A program made the translations under genes and the position numbers. A DNA stretch of 64,000 bases from Eledone cirrhosa (Eukaryota). Below, piece by piece: positions 62,955 to 64,000 of this stretch. The notes beneath the pieces are model-generated. The model saw only the letters and a list, made by a program, of their open reading frames with translations, made no database searches and was not told where the DNA came from. Location: assembly GCA_964016885.1 (NCBI GenBank), contig OZ024740.1, positions 338,954,001 through 339,018,000 of the forward strand, read 5' to 3'. Position 1 is the stretch's first letter; each line of letters starts with the position of its first letter.

Positions 62955-63357
62955 AAATTAATAAAATAATGAATAAACAAAGAAAGAGTTCCTTATATAA
63001 AAAAAAAAAATTCATCAATTTACGATCGTTTCTAGGATATATATGTGTTAGAGTTGGTATGCATATTCTATAGATCTATGTACAATATTTATATTGTACA
63101 TAGATCTATAGAATATGCATACCAACTCTAACACATATATATCCTAGAAACGATCGTAAAATGATGAATTTTTTTTTTAATATAAGGAACTGTTTCTTTG
63201 TTTATTCATTATTTTATTAATTTATCTTGACTCTGTTTTCCGTTTATTTTTCACCGAAAGTAGTTTTTGAATGCATCTTCTCTTTTCATGATATCCGGAT
63301 TACATTGAGTTCTTCATACGGATTGGACACTACCGTAAACTTTTGGTAGATTTATCT
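62955..63357. mobile_element. Fold-back PLE terminus (3' half of the long-stem-II HHR, palindrome centred at 63089-63090) plus tail
   Basis: Matches 8058-8188; TGTACAATAT-TT-ATATTGTACA centre. Confidence 0.85.
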
Positions 63358-63414
63358 AAATATATATATATATATAAATATAAATATATATAAATATATA
63401 TATATATATAAATT

Positions 63415-64000
<586 letters not shown>

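Overview
Extremely AT-rich eukaryotic DNA full of microsatellites. It is most likely cephalopod/octopus-like, inferred from the tRNA-derived SINEs and the repeat landscape. No confident host protein-coding gene was found; most listed ORFs are (TA)n artefacts. The window is a mosaic of Penelope-like retroelements (PLEs; Naiad-like RT plus C-terminal GIY-YIG) inserted into (TA)n tracts, two degenerate CR1-group LINEs and several SINEs. The main hidden signal is RNA-level: by manual count, roughly 50 type I hammerhead ribozyme (HHR) motifs, including degenerate copies, in about 15 sequence families. Highlights: (i) non-coding tandem arrays of 595, ~460 and 466 nt with one HHR per monomer, a retrozyme-like layout, with the 595-mer nested in a 3x 2908-bp higher-order repeat; (ii) recurrent non-canonical catalytic cores (U3:A8 swap, U4A); (iii) HHRs whose stem II is extended into 50-105 nt hairpins; (iv) fold-back inversions whose junctions often fall in the ribozyme's own hairpin. 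All folding was done by eye and no activity is demonstrated.
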